Virus record (IMG/VR): IMGVR_UViG_3300025407_000799
Location: 33,799-97,798 of that record
From: a virus
Length of the DNA stretch: 64,000 nucleotides
Strand: one strand, 5' to 3'
In this document: piece after piece, positions 18,180 to 31,900 of the stretch
How positions within the stretch are numbered: position 1 is the stretch's first letter
Layout of the letters: every line of letters starts with the position of its first letter
Program-made: the position numbers and the translations under genes
Notes under the pieces: model-generated
Seen by the model: the letters and a program-made list of their open reading frames with translations, nothing else
What the model was told of the DNA's origin: nothing
Database searches by the model: none

Positions 18180-19922
18180 TTAGGCATTATTTCTTGTTTT
18201 TATGGTAACAAAGTTGTAGTCTCGAGACGAAGCTTTGTTAGTAAAGACGTAAGTTCCTGTTCCAGCTACAAATGTTACCCAATCAGTTAAGGTTGGATTC
18301 AAATTAGTTGTACCCAATAACACTGGATCAGATCCACTGCCCATTATGTAAGTGTATACATATCCGTTATCGTTATCGTTGATAATAATCATACCACTAA
18401 AACTTGTAAAAGTAACAGTATCGTTTGTATTCAAAGTTATTACACCTGCGGCACTAGCATCGATATTAACATTATTGTTTGTAGGCGGTAAAGATAGCAT
18501 ACCTCCTGATTTAAACGACCAGTTTGTTATGGCGCCATCTGCTGTAATGGCTACTTCAGTATTGTCATGCAAGTAAACTTCTGCGAAATTAGGAGATGAG
18601 GTATTAGTAAAGATATCAATTATATTAGTATCAGAAGTCATCGCCCCGTTAGCTAATTTTAAAGATCCGTCAATTCCGCTCAAACTAGTTGTAAACAAGG
18701 TGCTAGTACCGTGTTTGATATTAACACTGCCGTTTGTTGTACCAATGTCCATATTTCTAGATACATTGTTTTCACTAGATCCTCCAGAGCTAGCTAACAA
18801 CGATACGGTTGCTGTACCAGGGGAAGCAAACGATGCATCTATAGAAAACACAGATAACCCAGCTGTGTTATTGAAATTCAAAACAGAATTATAAGATCCT
18901 GAAGTAGCAGAAGTTTGTATTGAGATTGATTCTTTAACTAATACATTTTCATCAATTTCAACTGTAGAATTTCCAGTGGAAGTTATTGTACTACCAGTAA
19001 ATACAAAATTTCCAATAGAAGGAATACTAGGTGTATGCGATAGATCTCTATAGTCCCCACTAGTTGCAACTGTAGAAAGTGTTGGAGTTCCAGACAAATC
19101 ACTGTAACTACCGCTAGTTGCTACTGTTGCAAGAGACGGTTTGTTAGTTAAACTATTATAATTTCCATTGAATGCAGATGAGCTTAATTGATAAACACTT
19201 AGATCTGGCTTACCAGTTAAATCTGCATAGGCTCCGCTGAACAATGATGGCTTACCAGTTAGATCTGAATATGCACCACTAAACAATGATGGCTTACCAG
19301 TTAGATCTGAATAAGCACCGCTGAATAATGATGGCTTATTAGATAAATCGTTGTAACTACCGCTAGTTGCCACTGTAGAAAGTGATGGTTTATTTGACAA
19401 ATCATTGTAACTACCACTAGTTGCTACTGAAGCAAGTGTTGGTTTATTTAAAATTCTAGAAATTCCAGAACTAGAATTCCAGTCACTATTAACTTGTGCG
19501 GCTGGAATTGTAGGTAAATTCAATAAATCGTTATAGCTGCCACTAGTAGCCACAGCAGCAAATACAGGTTTATTCAATAGACTTTGATAACTTCCAGTAG
19601 TTGCTACAGCACTAAGTACCGGTGCACCTGTAAGTTTAGAATAAGCTAAACTAGTAATCCAAATTGGATTACTATACTGACCCGATGCTACTAGTAAATT
19701 ATCTACGGTGATAGGCGATGCTGTCCAACTTAAAGATAATCCGTCAGTAGTTAACAAACCATTTTGAAAGTTTGTTTGCGGAGGTAATGTAAGTCCGGTT
19801 AAGGAAGTTACTTTTGTATACAAGTCTGTAAAATTATCATTTATTTTGACTGAGGCAACACGCAATGTGTCGCCGGTGCCGTCATTAACTGAATTTCCAT
19901 AATTTAAAATTTGTTGTGTCAT
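18180..19922 (-). CDS. fibre-like structural protein with VATSGSYNDL.NKP repeats
   Basis: N-terminal G...NDGTGD.LR.A..KIN.NF..LY motif typical of T4 gp9/gp10/fibre N-termini; about 10 SGSY.DL..KP repeats. Confidence 0.75.
   Translation of the reverse strand: MTQQILNYGNSVNDGTGDTLRVASVKINDNFTDLYTKVTSLTGLTLPPQTNFQNGLLTTDGLSLSWTASPITVDNLLVASGQYSNPIWITSLAYSKLTGAPVLSAVATTGSYQSLLNKPVFAAVATSGSYNDLLNLPTIPAAQVNSDWNSSSGISRILNKPTLASVATSGSYNDLSNKPSLSTVATSGSYNDLSNKPSLFSGAYSDLTGKPSLFSGAYSDLTGKPSLFSGAYADLTGKPDLSVYQLSSSAFNGNYNSLTNKPSLATVATSGSYSDLSGTPTLSTVATSGDYRDLSHTPSIPSIGNFVFTGSTITSTGNSTVEIDENVLVKESISIQTSATSGSYNSVLNFNNTAGLSVFSIDASFASPGTATVSLLASSGGSSENNVSRNMDIGTTNGSVNIKHGTSTLFTTSLSGIDGSLKLANGAMTSDTNIIDIFTNTSSPNFAEVYLHDNTEVAITADGAITNWSFKSGGMLSLPPTNNNVNIDASAAGVITLNTNDTVTFTSFSGMIIINDNDNGYVYTYIMGSGSDPVLLGTTNLNPTLTDWVTFVAGTGTYVFTNKASSRDYNFVTIKTRNNA
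19030..19650 (-). repeat. tandem coding repeats (L.TVATSGSY.DL.NKP and SLFSGAYSDLTGKP x3)
   Basis: Near-identical 42-nt and ~51-nt units at DNA level. Confidence 0.85.
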
Positions 19923-19927
19923 TTTTT

Positions 19928-22900
19928 TTATCCTTTGTCTAATGTTACATTACCGCTGTCGAATGTTACTTTAGAACTATCTATAGTTAGTTTTCTGTTG
20001 TTGTTAAATCCAGTATACCATATACCCGGAGTGGCCTTAAGGAAAGATGCAATATTACTTACATCATTCAATATATTAACAGGATTAGCAGAATGGTCGC
20101 CGTCCCACGACTGGCCGCTCTTTCTAATTATCGTAATTTGAGTACCTTGTGTAACTACGTTTGCCAATGTTATTACTGATCCTGCTGTAGTTACATTAGA
20201 AACAACAAATTCTTTAGCAAACTTTTCATCGCCGTCTTTAATTGTACCAACTGGATCTGTATCAGAGATAGGAATTGTTGGACTGTAAGGAGCTAAAGTA
20301 GGATTGTAATGAACATAATCATATTTTTTCAATCTTCTTAAGTCATCCTGTCCGCCTACAAATACTTCAAATAATGAATTATAGTCTGTAAAAGTAGGAT
20401 CTAATGTAAATCCAAGGTCTAGATTGAATGTTGTAGTTACTCCATCTGAAATAATTGGCCTCACATCGGTAATATCACTGTACGGGATAGTAGAATCTGT
20501 ACCAATATCTTGTACACTTGTTCCTACATTACTATAAGATCTAACACCAGTTCCTAAAGTTCCCCTACGTAACTGACTTAATATATTAAGATCTTTCTTA
20601 AAATATTCGATACGTTCACCGGCAATTTCTATCACACCTGGTTTGTTAGTTGAAGGGTTTGGTGTTGTTAAAACTGTTCCATCTTTAACTACAATTTGTG
20701 TGTCATACCAATTTAGCTCTTGTGCCAATAGTGTATGTCGGTTGAGTGCCAGTCTCTTATAAACAGTTCTGTTCAACATGTCTTTAAACTGCATGTATGA
20801 AATTCCAGGTTGTGGTACATTGTTGTTAAACAATAACACTGAAATCTTATCAGTTGGGGCAGGTGGAACTGTTAATTGCACACTTTGGTGATTTGATAGC
20901 ATCTGATAATCAATTAACGGAGTTAACAAACGTCCGTTTTGAATAATCCAAGCATATTCTTCGTCAGGTACAGTATGATTTAAATTGATAATTCCACGTG
21001 TTGCATCTTGATAACGATAATAATCAACAGATCCTGGTATCGAAGATACTAATGAAGAAATATTAACTGTAGTTCTTTCAAGATCTAATATATCATGATT
21101 ATAAGATGTTAATACTTGAATTTTATGACTGCTATCATAAGAATTATTTAATGTTAAATCTCCAGTTGTAGAATCATAAGAATACTCTGCATTGGTTCTA
21201 ATACTAACAACTAATTGTTTTCCTATATTCTTATCACGTATTTTTTTACGCAACGTCACTGTAAGGCCAGTTAGGTCAACAACATATTCTTTATTCAAAG
21301 CTATTAACTTTTTATCAATATACACCCTAACATCTGAATACTGAACAGCATTTAAAGTAAACTGGTCAGCTGAAATAGTATAAGCAAGCGTATCAGATGT
21401 TATTGTAAAATAACTATTAGCAGGAGCTTCCAATACAGTATTGTCAACTATTACAATCATATTTGATTCTGCAGGTAAACCAACACCAACAGGATTATCT
21501 AATTTAAATGTATTCTGAGGTATTGCATACAACGGTAATAACTCAGTTTGCGTAACTGCAACCGTTTGAATAGCACTTGCTACGATAATATAGTTTATTA
21601 CAGATCCTGCTGCAGGAGTTACACTAAAACGCAAACCAATCATACCGCCTAACGAGTATGTATTGTCTGTTTTAAACAATATAGGATTTACTAATACACC
21701 ATTTAAATAAATTACAGATGAAACAGTATCCAGCCATTTAGCTCTGGTGATAAATTCTGATGTAATTCCATCACAAATAAAATAATCACCGTCTAAAATA
21801 TTTTGACCATTAATACCAATAGTAAAAATACTAATAATTTTATTAGCTGCAGGTGGTTGAACAAAAACAATTCTGTTCTGATTAAATGAAACATTATAAT
21901 CCACACCCGCTACTTTAATTACATTATCAACTTTTACTACAATCGCACCTGGATTGTTTAATAATTGACTGTATGCAAATGTTAATAAGCTACCATCGCC
22001 AACATAGTTGTCAATTTTAACTTTTGCTCCAGCATTGTATGTTTGATCGTATACTTTAATAGCCAATGTATCAACTACTTGTCCTGGCATTACTTCTTCT
22101 GGAGCAGGACTAGATGTTGGTGTTACTAATCCGTCACCATCAATGATAATATCATCTGCTAAAATACCAGTTGCTGTAGTATAAGCTAAATCGCCGCCAG
22201 TAATCGATGTATCATAATCTTGATCAGCAGGTGCAACTGATCCATCACTAGATGCTTGACGAATAACAAATTCATCACCAACAGTCACTGGATAACTATC
22301 AGATATTGTCACAACTGTATTTGCTGTAGAAGAATTAACCACTTGTCTAATTGTAGCAGTTGCTGTAGCGGTTTCAATACCTTGTTCAAATGTAATAGTT
22401 GGATTATTTAAATATCCACTACCTGGATTTGCTAATACAACAGAGTCCACACCATAAACTAAAGTAATTGTTGCATTTTGACCAGTGCCTCCCATTAATG
22501 ATTGGCTGGCTTCATCAACTCCACCTTCATATATTGTTGAAGACAATATTTGTAATTCATCAATTGGTCCAATTTCTGTAAAGCTGGCTGTTCTTGTTAC
22601 TTGTAAAATAACAGCACTCGAACCAGTAATAGTAGTCGAAGCGGTAGTTAATTTACGATTTAATGTCCAGAAACTGCCATTGCCAGTTCCATGACTAGAC
22701 GGATCAAGGCCTGTAATGTATGTTATATCAACGCTAGAAACTGTACCAACTACAAATGTTTGCGATAACACCGTGGTGTTTTCATAAGAAACAGAATGGT
22801 CAGTAACATCAGTAACTATATATTTTCCGTTAAATCCATTAGGAAATCCAGATACTTCTGTATACTGGCCTAATGCAAATGGTATACTAGCACGAGTTGC

Positions 22901-25900
22901 AAATGTGATAGTTGCGATTGTTCCATCGCCACGGATTCCTGTGCTGATTAATGAATCAAATTGTGCAATTCCTGATCCGGTTAAAATCATTCCTGGATAA
23001 ATTTCGCCAGAAGTTATAGTTCCTACAACTAGTGTTGAATTAACTATAGAAGAATTGATCATTGTTACATTAGCAGGACCATACTGTGGAGTTGCTACTA
23101 GTATGTCGCCAACAGTATAGCCAGTTCCGAGATTGTTTCCGTTATAAGATACATCAACAGCTTTCATTATTGGTGTTGCTGATGCTGTATAACTTGGAGC
23201 ATTGAGATCAGAATCGCTAAATGTTATTGCAGGCAACTGAGTATAACGACCCGGACTAGTAACAGTAACTGAAAATACCGGGAACGGTGTTTGCATTTTT
23301 GCCTTAGAATTTTTCTGATCCACTGTTCCAAATTTTGGATCGTCTAATCTTACAGGACTTGTTTTTCCAGTGATAACAATTTCTGCTCCAATTGCAGGAA
23401 CATAAGATAATAATACTACTGTACCGTCGTTATTTACTACCATATCGATTGTATCTTTTAGTAGTTTAGTAAACTGTATCGAATTGCCATTAACAATTGG
23501 ATAATAATTATTAATTTGTGCAGGATCCTTAAAGATTACAGAATTTAAAATTAAACTTACAGTACCAATTGTAGTTGAAGGTGCTTGCAACAAACTTGTA
23601 AAACTTACAAAATTAAATGATGCATTGGTGACTTTATAAATGCCGTTGTAAGAATTTGGAATAAATCCTGTTACAATAATAGTAGTACCAGATTCAAATG
23701 GAACATATTTTTGAGTGTCAAACGTTATTGTAACTGTGTGACCGTCACCACTAATATTGTTTGCATTTAAAGTAGTAGAAGAATCTGGTGTTCCTAATGT
23801 AATTGTATTTGTATTAGTGTCAATATTTTCAACTACCGTATCGTATGCAAATACTGATACAGCATCTGAAGTAACAACATCTCCTAAATTAATTCCATCA
23901 ACGCTATTTAAAGTAAGTTTATTACTACCAGCATAGTTATATGTAAATGTTAATACGCCTGTTGGTGTACTATCAGGAGCTTTACTCAAAGTTAATGTTT
24001 TATTAGTATAATCAACATACGTCACTGTTTGTCCGCTAGTAAAACCTGTTCCAACAACAGCCATTCCTATTAAAATTCCAGTAGCGTCGGAAACAGTAAG
24101 TGTAGTATAGTAACTTCCTACTGGGTTGTACGTAGTTGTAGGTCCTGCAGCTGTTTTTGTAACTACTGATGTTACAACTACGGTAGTAGCTAAAATATTA
24201 TACTCAAATTTAATTTGATTAGAGTTCAGTGCAGATATGGTTGTTCTATCTTCAGTACTTGCAGCATGATATACGTTTATTTCAGTACCAGGATTCAATT
24301 GATAAGGTAGTGTAAAAGATCTAAGTTGATCTGCAGTAGCTGTAACAAAATAGTCAGTATAATTACTATCAAAATTATCCCAAGTATCAGTTCCAAATGG
24401 GTTTGAATCCCAACCGTGAATACTATTAAATCCTAAACCATTAACTTGTACGCCACCATAATCAGTTCCAGTTAATAACTGTGTAAGATCTTTTCCTAGT
24501 TGGCCACTTGTTGGATTATAGTAATATTGAATGCGGTCAACAGCATTTAATAAAGATTGATTTATCTTATATGTAACAACTATAATACTCTGATTAGACG
24601 GAGGTGTTAAAAAAGTAATAACTCCAGTGTAATGTGTATAGCCGTTATATTTTGCTTTAATAACAGAAAGTTTATAATTTTCTCTAAGTGCAGGTATGCC
24701 ATTGATAGTAACTGTATTTTGACCAATACGTGTATCAGGAGCCCAAGTCAACGCCCATTGCAATCTGCTACCAGAACCAGTGAACGTTTGTGTTTTTTGT
24801 AATACTGTATTATAATACGTATAGTCAGTTCTATCAAATTTTATTCCAATTAACGAACCACGAACTACACCTTTACCAATAACAGCAATTACCCTGGCTG
24901 ATATTCCTATTGGGCCAAGTCCTCCTGAAATAGTAACTGTTGGGGTAGACAAGTATCCTGTTCCAGGATTAGTTAATACTATTCTACTTACAGCACCATT
25001 AACTATAAATGCCTGAGCTGTTGCACCAGAACCACTTTCGCTAGTTATAATAACTTGTGGAGGAGTTATATAATTAGAACCTCCGCTGATAATAACAAGA
25101 TCTGTAACAACAAATCCTAAATTATCATTCCAGAATTTCCAAGGATAAGTTTGTATAACAGAGTTATTAGAAGATACACCAGTTCCGTCAAATATAGTAT
25201 CAACTGGTACAACTTTGTTATTTGAATAAACAGGTTGTAAATCAAAATCAGTAATGGCACTTTGTCCAACTTCTAAACCTGTGTAGTTGCTAATATATTC
25301 TCTTAATTTTGTTCTGTATGGTTTAACTTCTGAAACATAATCTTCAAAGTTAGCAATATTATCAACAGGGTAGTTTACTGGTTGATCTAACTTACCTACA
25401 TTATGTGTTGCACGAACAAAACTAGTTTTAAATGCCCAATCAATATATACTTGTTCACTATGTGCATAGTGTATTGCAGCAATGAACAAGTCTAAATAGT
25501 TTTGTTTTAAATTACCAATAAAGATATTTTCTTTAATTGTATTAAGAATAATTCTTAATTCTGTACTAGCAACAACATCAAAACTTCCGCCATCAAATAT
25601 GTCGCTGTCATAACCAATATTAGTAGATTCAAAGTTGTAAAGTTTAGTACTTAATTGTATTGTACCATTCTGTATACCTACTATGTTATAACTTTGAGTC
25701 CAATCAACACTGGTCGAATTTGCATATTTTTCTAGTAACAACCAACCGCCTGCATTTACTGTACGAACTTTTACTAGTTCGCCTATTTTAGATTGAAGAG
25801 TGTTTAACTCTACAAATGTATCCACAGCATGATCTGGAGCACTATACTGACTATACCCAGTTGCATACCAATCAACATAATTCCAATAATTTCTCACATC

Positions 25901-28900
25901 ATATGCTTGTGTAAGTATACGTGACCATATCTTAGATGTAGTATCGTATGCATAGATACTCCAATTATTGTTGGCAACACTATCGCTTTTTACTAACACA
26001 CAATAAGTTCTTACTGTTAATGTTGTATTACTAATATCGTAGCCAAAGCCTCCGCTGACTACTGACACATTAGTAATTTGTCCTAGGCTATTAATTGTTG
26101 TTTTAAGTACAGCATTTTTTCCCGGACTATCGATAGTTACTGTAGGTGCAATTAAATAACCGCTACCTGCAAAAGTAATATCTATACTTGTAATTGTACC
26201 GTTAGTAATTACAGGATTTAAAATTGCTTTTCTAAATGATGTAATATTCAAATATGGTAACTCTGCATCAGTGTCAAGAGTATTATCATATAGACCTGAT
26301 ATCACTGTTGGAGGAGTATCGTAGCTTTCTAAAGCACTAATATTATAGTTTTCACTAATTTGATTTAAAATCAATGTTCTGTTTGTACGTTCTACAAACT
26401 CTTTAAGAGCTTCAATACGATTTACAAACATACTTTGACGTGGACGATTCTCTACACCATATCGTAGTTTAGGAGGCTGAGTCAAATCTGGAACACCACG
26501 TCCTGCCGAATCAACACCGCATAAACTATCAAACCATTTTTGTTCTAATGTCAACGGTAAATCCACAATAGGATCGTTACTAATTAATTTCCATTGACTA
26601 TGAATATTCTGATCTGTTTTATTTGTTAACCAATACTCTACCGCTAGTACTACATCTTTATCTTTCAAATACTGACGAGTATTAGTTAAACTAAATGAAT
26701 CCGGACCTAACAAAGACAAGTAAGAATAACTTTGTCCGCGAGGGTTAGCAATTAAACTGGCAACATCCAATGCTGTAATATTACGTCCCGGTACATGCGG
26801 AACTACTGATTTATTTTTAACCCAGAAATAATAAGTCTTAACAAATGCTTTAGTAAGATTATTATATTGCTGTCTTACGCTGTATACATTATTGCCATAT
26901 AAACTTGTACCGCTTATACCTAAAGCAAGTCCAGCAGGAGTATCTGCTTGTGCATCCCACTGAGCTGGCAATAATTTTGATTCAACCCATTCGTAAATAT
27001 CTATACTTGCACCTGGGGCTAGTTTGTTCCAACTATTATTTCTATAATTTACATCATCAAAATAAGATTCAACAAACTTGGCGGTACTTAAATTCCACCA
27101 TAACTGACCAATTTGATTCTTTGACCAGTAACTTGAGTTATCTGCATTAACATTAACAGATCCTGGATTATCAGAATACACCGCAGGATCATAGAAAGAT
27201 TTATATTTTATTTCTTCATCTGCAACGCCTGCAATTTTTCCTTGCAATGGATCAATAGTATCTAAGTAAGATACAAGTGTTCCAAGATTTTTATTATATA
27301 AGAATGCTTTCTTAACTCGGCTAACAATTGGAATCAAACTAGATGTCTTATCAAGAGTCCAGCTGTATTTGTCAGACGGTTTAACGTAACTATAAACTTG
27401 TCCAGATTGAATATGTGTCTGGTCAGTTGCATAAGGTGCACCGACTACTACCGTATTATCGCCTGCAGAGAATCCAATTCCATATCCATCAGAACTTGTG
27501 TCTGCACTTTGCAAACTTTCACTAAACACCCACTTGTCTCCATACATATCATATATGTCAACTCGTCCACTACCTATTTGTGTTTGGACAAATAGTGTAG
27601 AATTTTTATCATAGGTGCTAGGTGTAGTTGCCTGAGAAGTTGTATCGCTAAGATATGGATTATCTTGATTATTTTCTAATGTTTTAGCATAAGAATCAAA
27701 CGTTGTTGTTATAGAAGCATTGCCACTTTGACTATAAACAGCAATAGTTTTGCCTCCATTCATAAACGCAACCTTGTTTCCAAAGTGTCCTTGAATTTCT
27801 GAATAATGATCTACTAGTGTTTGATATGGAGTTGGGCCATATTCAGCTCCGTTAAATTTATAAACATTAACAGTTCCATTTTGTGTACCATCTCCAACAA
27901 CAATATATACTCCGTCATCTGAAACACTTAAACTTGTTCCAAAAGAAACATCAGTACCTGAAATTGGCTGTAAAGTAATTCCATTTTTAAAGATTTGTAC
28001 AATACCATTTCCGTTGCCATCTTCTGTACTAATAGCAATGATTGAATTATCAGCACTTACTTGAATATTTCTTCCAAAATTATCCCCAACAGTAGTACCT
28101 GCAAGGAAAGAGTTATATCCCCAATCTATAGTTTTAAACGTTATTGTACCATCTGGGGTTCCAGTAGGAGGTGCGCTTAAAATTAATGTAGTTGTACTTA
28201 ATATTTGTAAAACATATTGTCCACTGATAAATCCTGTACCAGTAACTAGCATACCTGGGCTTACATTATATAAAGGAATTGGATTAGTAGATGATACAAC
28301 TAATGTAACTCCCGAACTTCCTACAGGATTATATGTTGCAGATACAGATTTTTGTACACCATAAGATAATTTATAAACTCTTCCGACATTATTTGTTAAT
28401 CCATCGTATGAGCTTCCGCCTAATGCTCCAACATATAAAGAATCTTGTCCAAAAACTAAAGTTGCACCAAAGTTTTCATTATCAACAGGATCTTCACTTA
28501 TGATTGTATCGACAATAGAGTAAAAATTATCATTATTCTTTTTATATAAAGTAACAATACCTTGACCCACTGTTGTCGAATCATAGGCTTTTATTTGTTC
28601 AATAGCAACACCAGTTCCGTTAAAGACAAAACCAGTTCCAGTAATTGGCGCATCTGCAATAAATGCTGTTCCAATTGCATTTGAACTAGCACCTGCTAAC
28701 AAGAAATTGCTAGTGCCTTGGAATATAATAACGTATGTTGATCCAGATTGTAGATCAGTTGCTAAAACTTTTCCGCTTTGACGAGCAACAAACGTATCAC
28801 CTACATTGTAAGTTACACCAGTAGTGTTTGCAATGTAGTTCCAATCTGTTGTTCCTAGAACACTAATTTCATAAGTATTACCAATTGAAAAATATCCTGA

Positions 28901-31900
28901 TTCAATTAATTGACCGTATCTGTTAATTTCTGAAGGAATGTAAGAAATTTGTTGCCAAGATGGTTGTCCGTTAACTGTAAAATTAGAAATTGCTCCATTC
29001 TGGTCAACCGACGATACTGTTAATATAAAGTCATTGACCACATTGACTCCTCCTAACTGACTACCAAGGACTGTAATCGTATCTCCAATAGAATATCGTG
29101 TACCTCCAAGGGCGCCTGAATTAGGAGCAATCCTATATCCGTAAGGAGGAGTTATGATACGTAATGTTGCACCTGCTCCTGATATAACTGATCCACTAAC
29201 ACCTGGCGTAGTTTTTGCTAGTAAGATTCCGTTGTTTAGTGTAGAAGGAGAACCAGAAATAGTTATAGCAGCATTTAATTTTATACTAGAAGTTGTTGTA
29301 ACACCATCTGTTGGTATAGTGATTGTTAAATCGTCGTCTGGAGATATTCCACCTAACTGAGTTCCTGAAATTTTTATTTTGTTACCTGGAGCGTAGCCAA
29401 TACCGCCATATTTTATAACTACATTATAGTATCCTGCAGTTGGCACTGTGGCATCTCCAATTACTCTTGTAGCTGTTGGAACAACAACCACGTCAAAGAT
29501 TGCACCTGAACCTAAACTTGTAGTAGTTGCACTGAAATCAGTAACAATATATTCATGTTGAATAGCGGTAAGAGTTCTGTATAAAGAATCTCCAAGTTTT
29601 ACAATACTGTTTGAACCGTAGTCAAGTGAAGAATTGTATTCTCCTTTGTAGCTAGACGAAACTGATCCAGCTGATTTTGATCCTACAGCAAGCCAAGTAC
29701 CATCTGGGCTAAAGGCTATGGCACTAACCGGAGTATTATCTGATATAGAAGATACTGTTGGAGCTGATATTAATTGTTTTTCAGCCCATGATAAGTTTGA
29801 CTGAGCACGATAATATGTAACAACATTACCTCGGTTATCGCCTACAGCTAACATGTCTCCTTTTTTGTTTACAGACACACGTAAACCAAAATTTGTTTCA
29901 TCGCTTGGAAAACTATTGTTAACTAAAAATTCGCTGTACACTGGATTATATTTCCAAGTACCCCAAGATTTACTGCCAGCATCATCTGTCCAAACAATTT
30001 CTCCAGGTAGTAAATCTTTTTTTATAACACTATCGAGATTATTAATAGATGTAGTTCGTTGACTAATCATAGCAAACACTACCATTCTATCTTGTTCAAC
30101 AAAAGGATTTATCCAACCGTTAACAGTTTTAGATATTACAAAAGAATTTAGATTAACACTTTCAACTTTATAAAAACCGCTAAATTGCGAAACTTGGCTT
30201 ATGCCTATATACATTCCAGCTGTTATTCCTGACAAATATTTTGTAGAAATTGTTATCTGTTTAAGAGTAGGATTGTATATTGCATTTTCTACTGTTATAT
30301 TCATATCAGTATAGCGATACACATTCCAACTGTTACCTTCAAATGCTACCCATACACAATCTCCATTATTAAACTTAGTAATGTCTTGTGTAGTTAATTC
30401 GTCTATAGTTCCTAAACTTAATAATACGTCTGCTGGGTTAACATAACCTGCACTACGTAACAATGGCTTGTAAGGATTAGTATCATCAAACACAGGAAAC
30501 GGATTAGAATTGTATCCTGCTGGTTTTAGATATACATCTTGTGCAGCTTGTTGAATAACAAAATCATTAATAGATGAATCGTAATGTTGTACTAGTGCTA
30601 CAGCTTGAGGATTACTATTAAAATTGCCTTCATCTAATACAAACTCAACATCTTCAAATGCACGATTGGCACCATATTGACCAACACGTAACGCCCACTC
30701 TTCGTAGAACATTAAACTTTCTGCGTTGTCTGAACTTAAAACATTAAACAACTTATTAAGAACATTTTGTGTTCCTTTTTCACGAACCATTCCTTGATAG
30801 AATTTAAATTCGCTAACATCATCTTGAATAATATTTTCAAGATATTGACGTTTTTGATAGCCAATTAAATGTTGTGCCATCTTTTGTTGTTGAGAGTCAA
30901 AGTTATCAACTTCTAAACTATAGAAATCTGTAAATTGTGTTGCCAAATTAGTCCAGTTTGGCATAATAACTGGGCTAGGTGTTTTAGACATTACAGACCA
31001 ATCGCTAGAAACAAATGTGTCCGACCCTGCTAAAAATTTATTTGCACTATAATAATGTCCTTGATGTAGAATTATGTCTCCCATATTATAGTCTTGCCAT
31101 GGTTGCCAGCTATCTACACTAGCAGCATCAAATATAAATCCAGGAATATCTAATCCGCCATACCAGTTAGTGGTTACATAACCACTTACCTTAATACGTT
31201 CACGTCTATATCCGCTTGGAGGATTGTAAATTACATCATTAAAAATATCAGTATTTTTAATTGTAACAACGTGTTCGTTTTGTATTAAGTAAAAACTAGC
31301 ACTATAAATTCCATCAGTTGTTCTTGGAGCATAGGTAATAGTGTTACCTTCTCTATAACTGTCCATTTGTTTAGGAGAAATACTAGTTCCGTCTACTTTA
31401 AAAATTTCGTAATTATTAAACTTGTTACTAATATCATCAACTACAGTTAGTGTAGTTGTAAATGTTACAGCAGCCGCGCTTGGGCTTAAACTGATAACAC
31501 TTGCTCCTGCAGCACTTAACCCATCTAATTTATTAAAATCGTCTGCGTTAAATTCGGCGCTAGGAGGAATATTAGTTATAGCACTATAGTAATTTCCGTT
31601 ATATCTTAAAATAGTTCCATAAGAAATTGCTTGATTTGGTTTCCAATCACTCCACTTTTCTTGACCAGTGCTCCAGTTCTGTGTACTCCAAAATAAAAAT
31701 TCTTTTGCACTAGTTTCCCAGTTTAACACAGATTCAAGATTGCTATTATAGTCATCAAATACAAATCCTTGGTTTTTTAAATATTCACCATAGCCTAGTA
31801 AGAAGTCTACTACTTCCTGAGCAGAACTAAACTCTGTTCCATAGGGTACAGTAATTAAAGTTGAGCGATCCCAAATTTTTCTAAAAATAACATCAACGCC

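Noticed and set aside
7991-19922. Diversity-generating retroelement or invertase shufflon acting on the fibre tips
   Set aside because: No reverse transcriptase, recombinase, TR/VR pair or inverted crossover sites seen in the window
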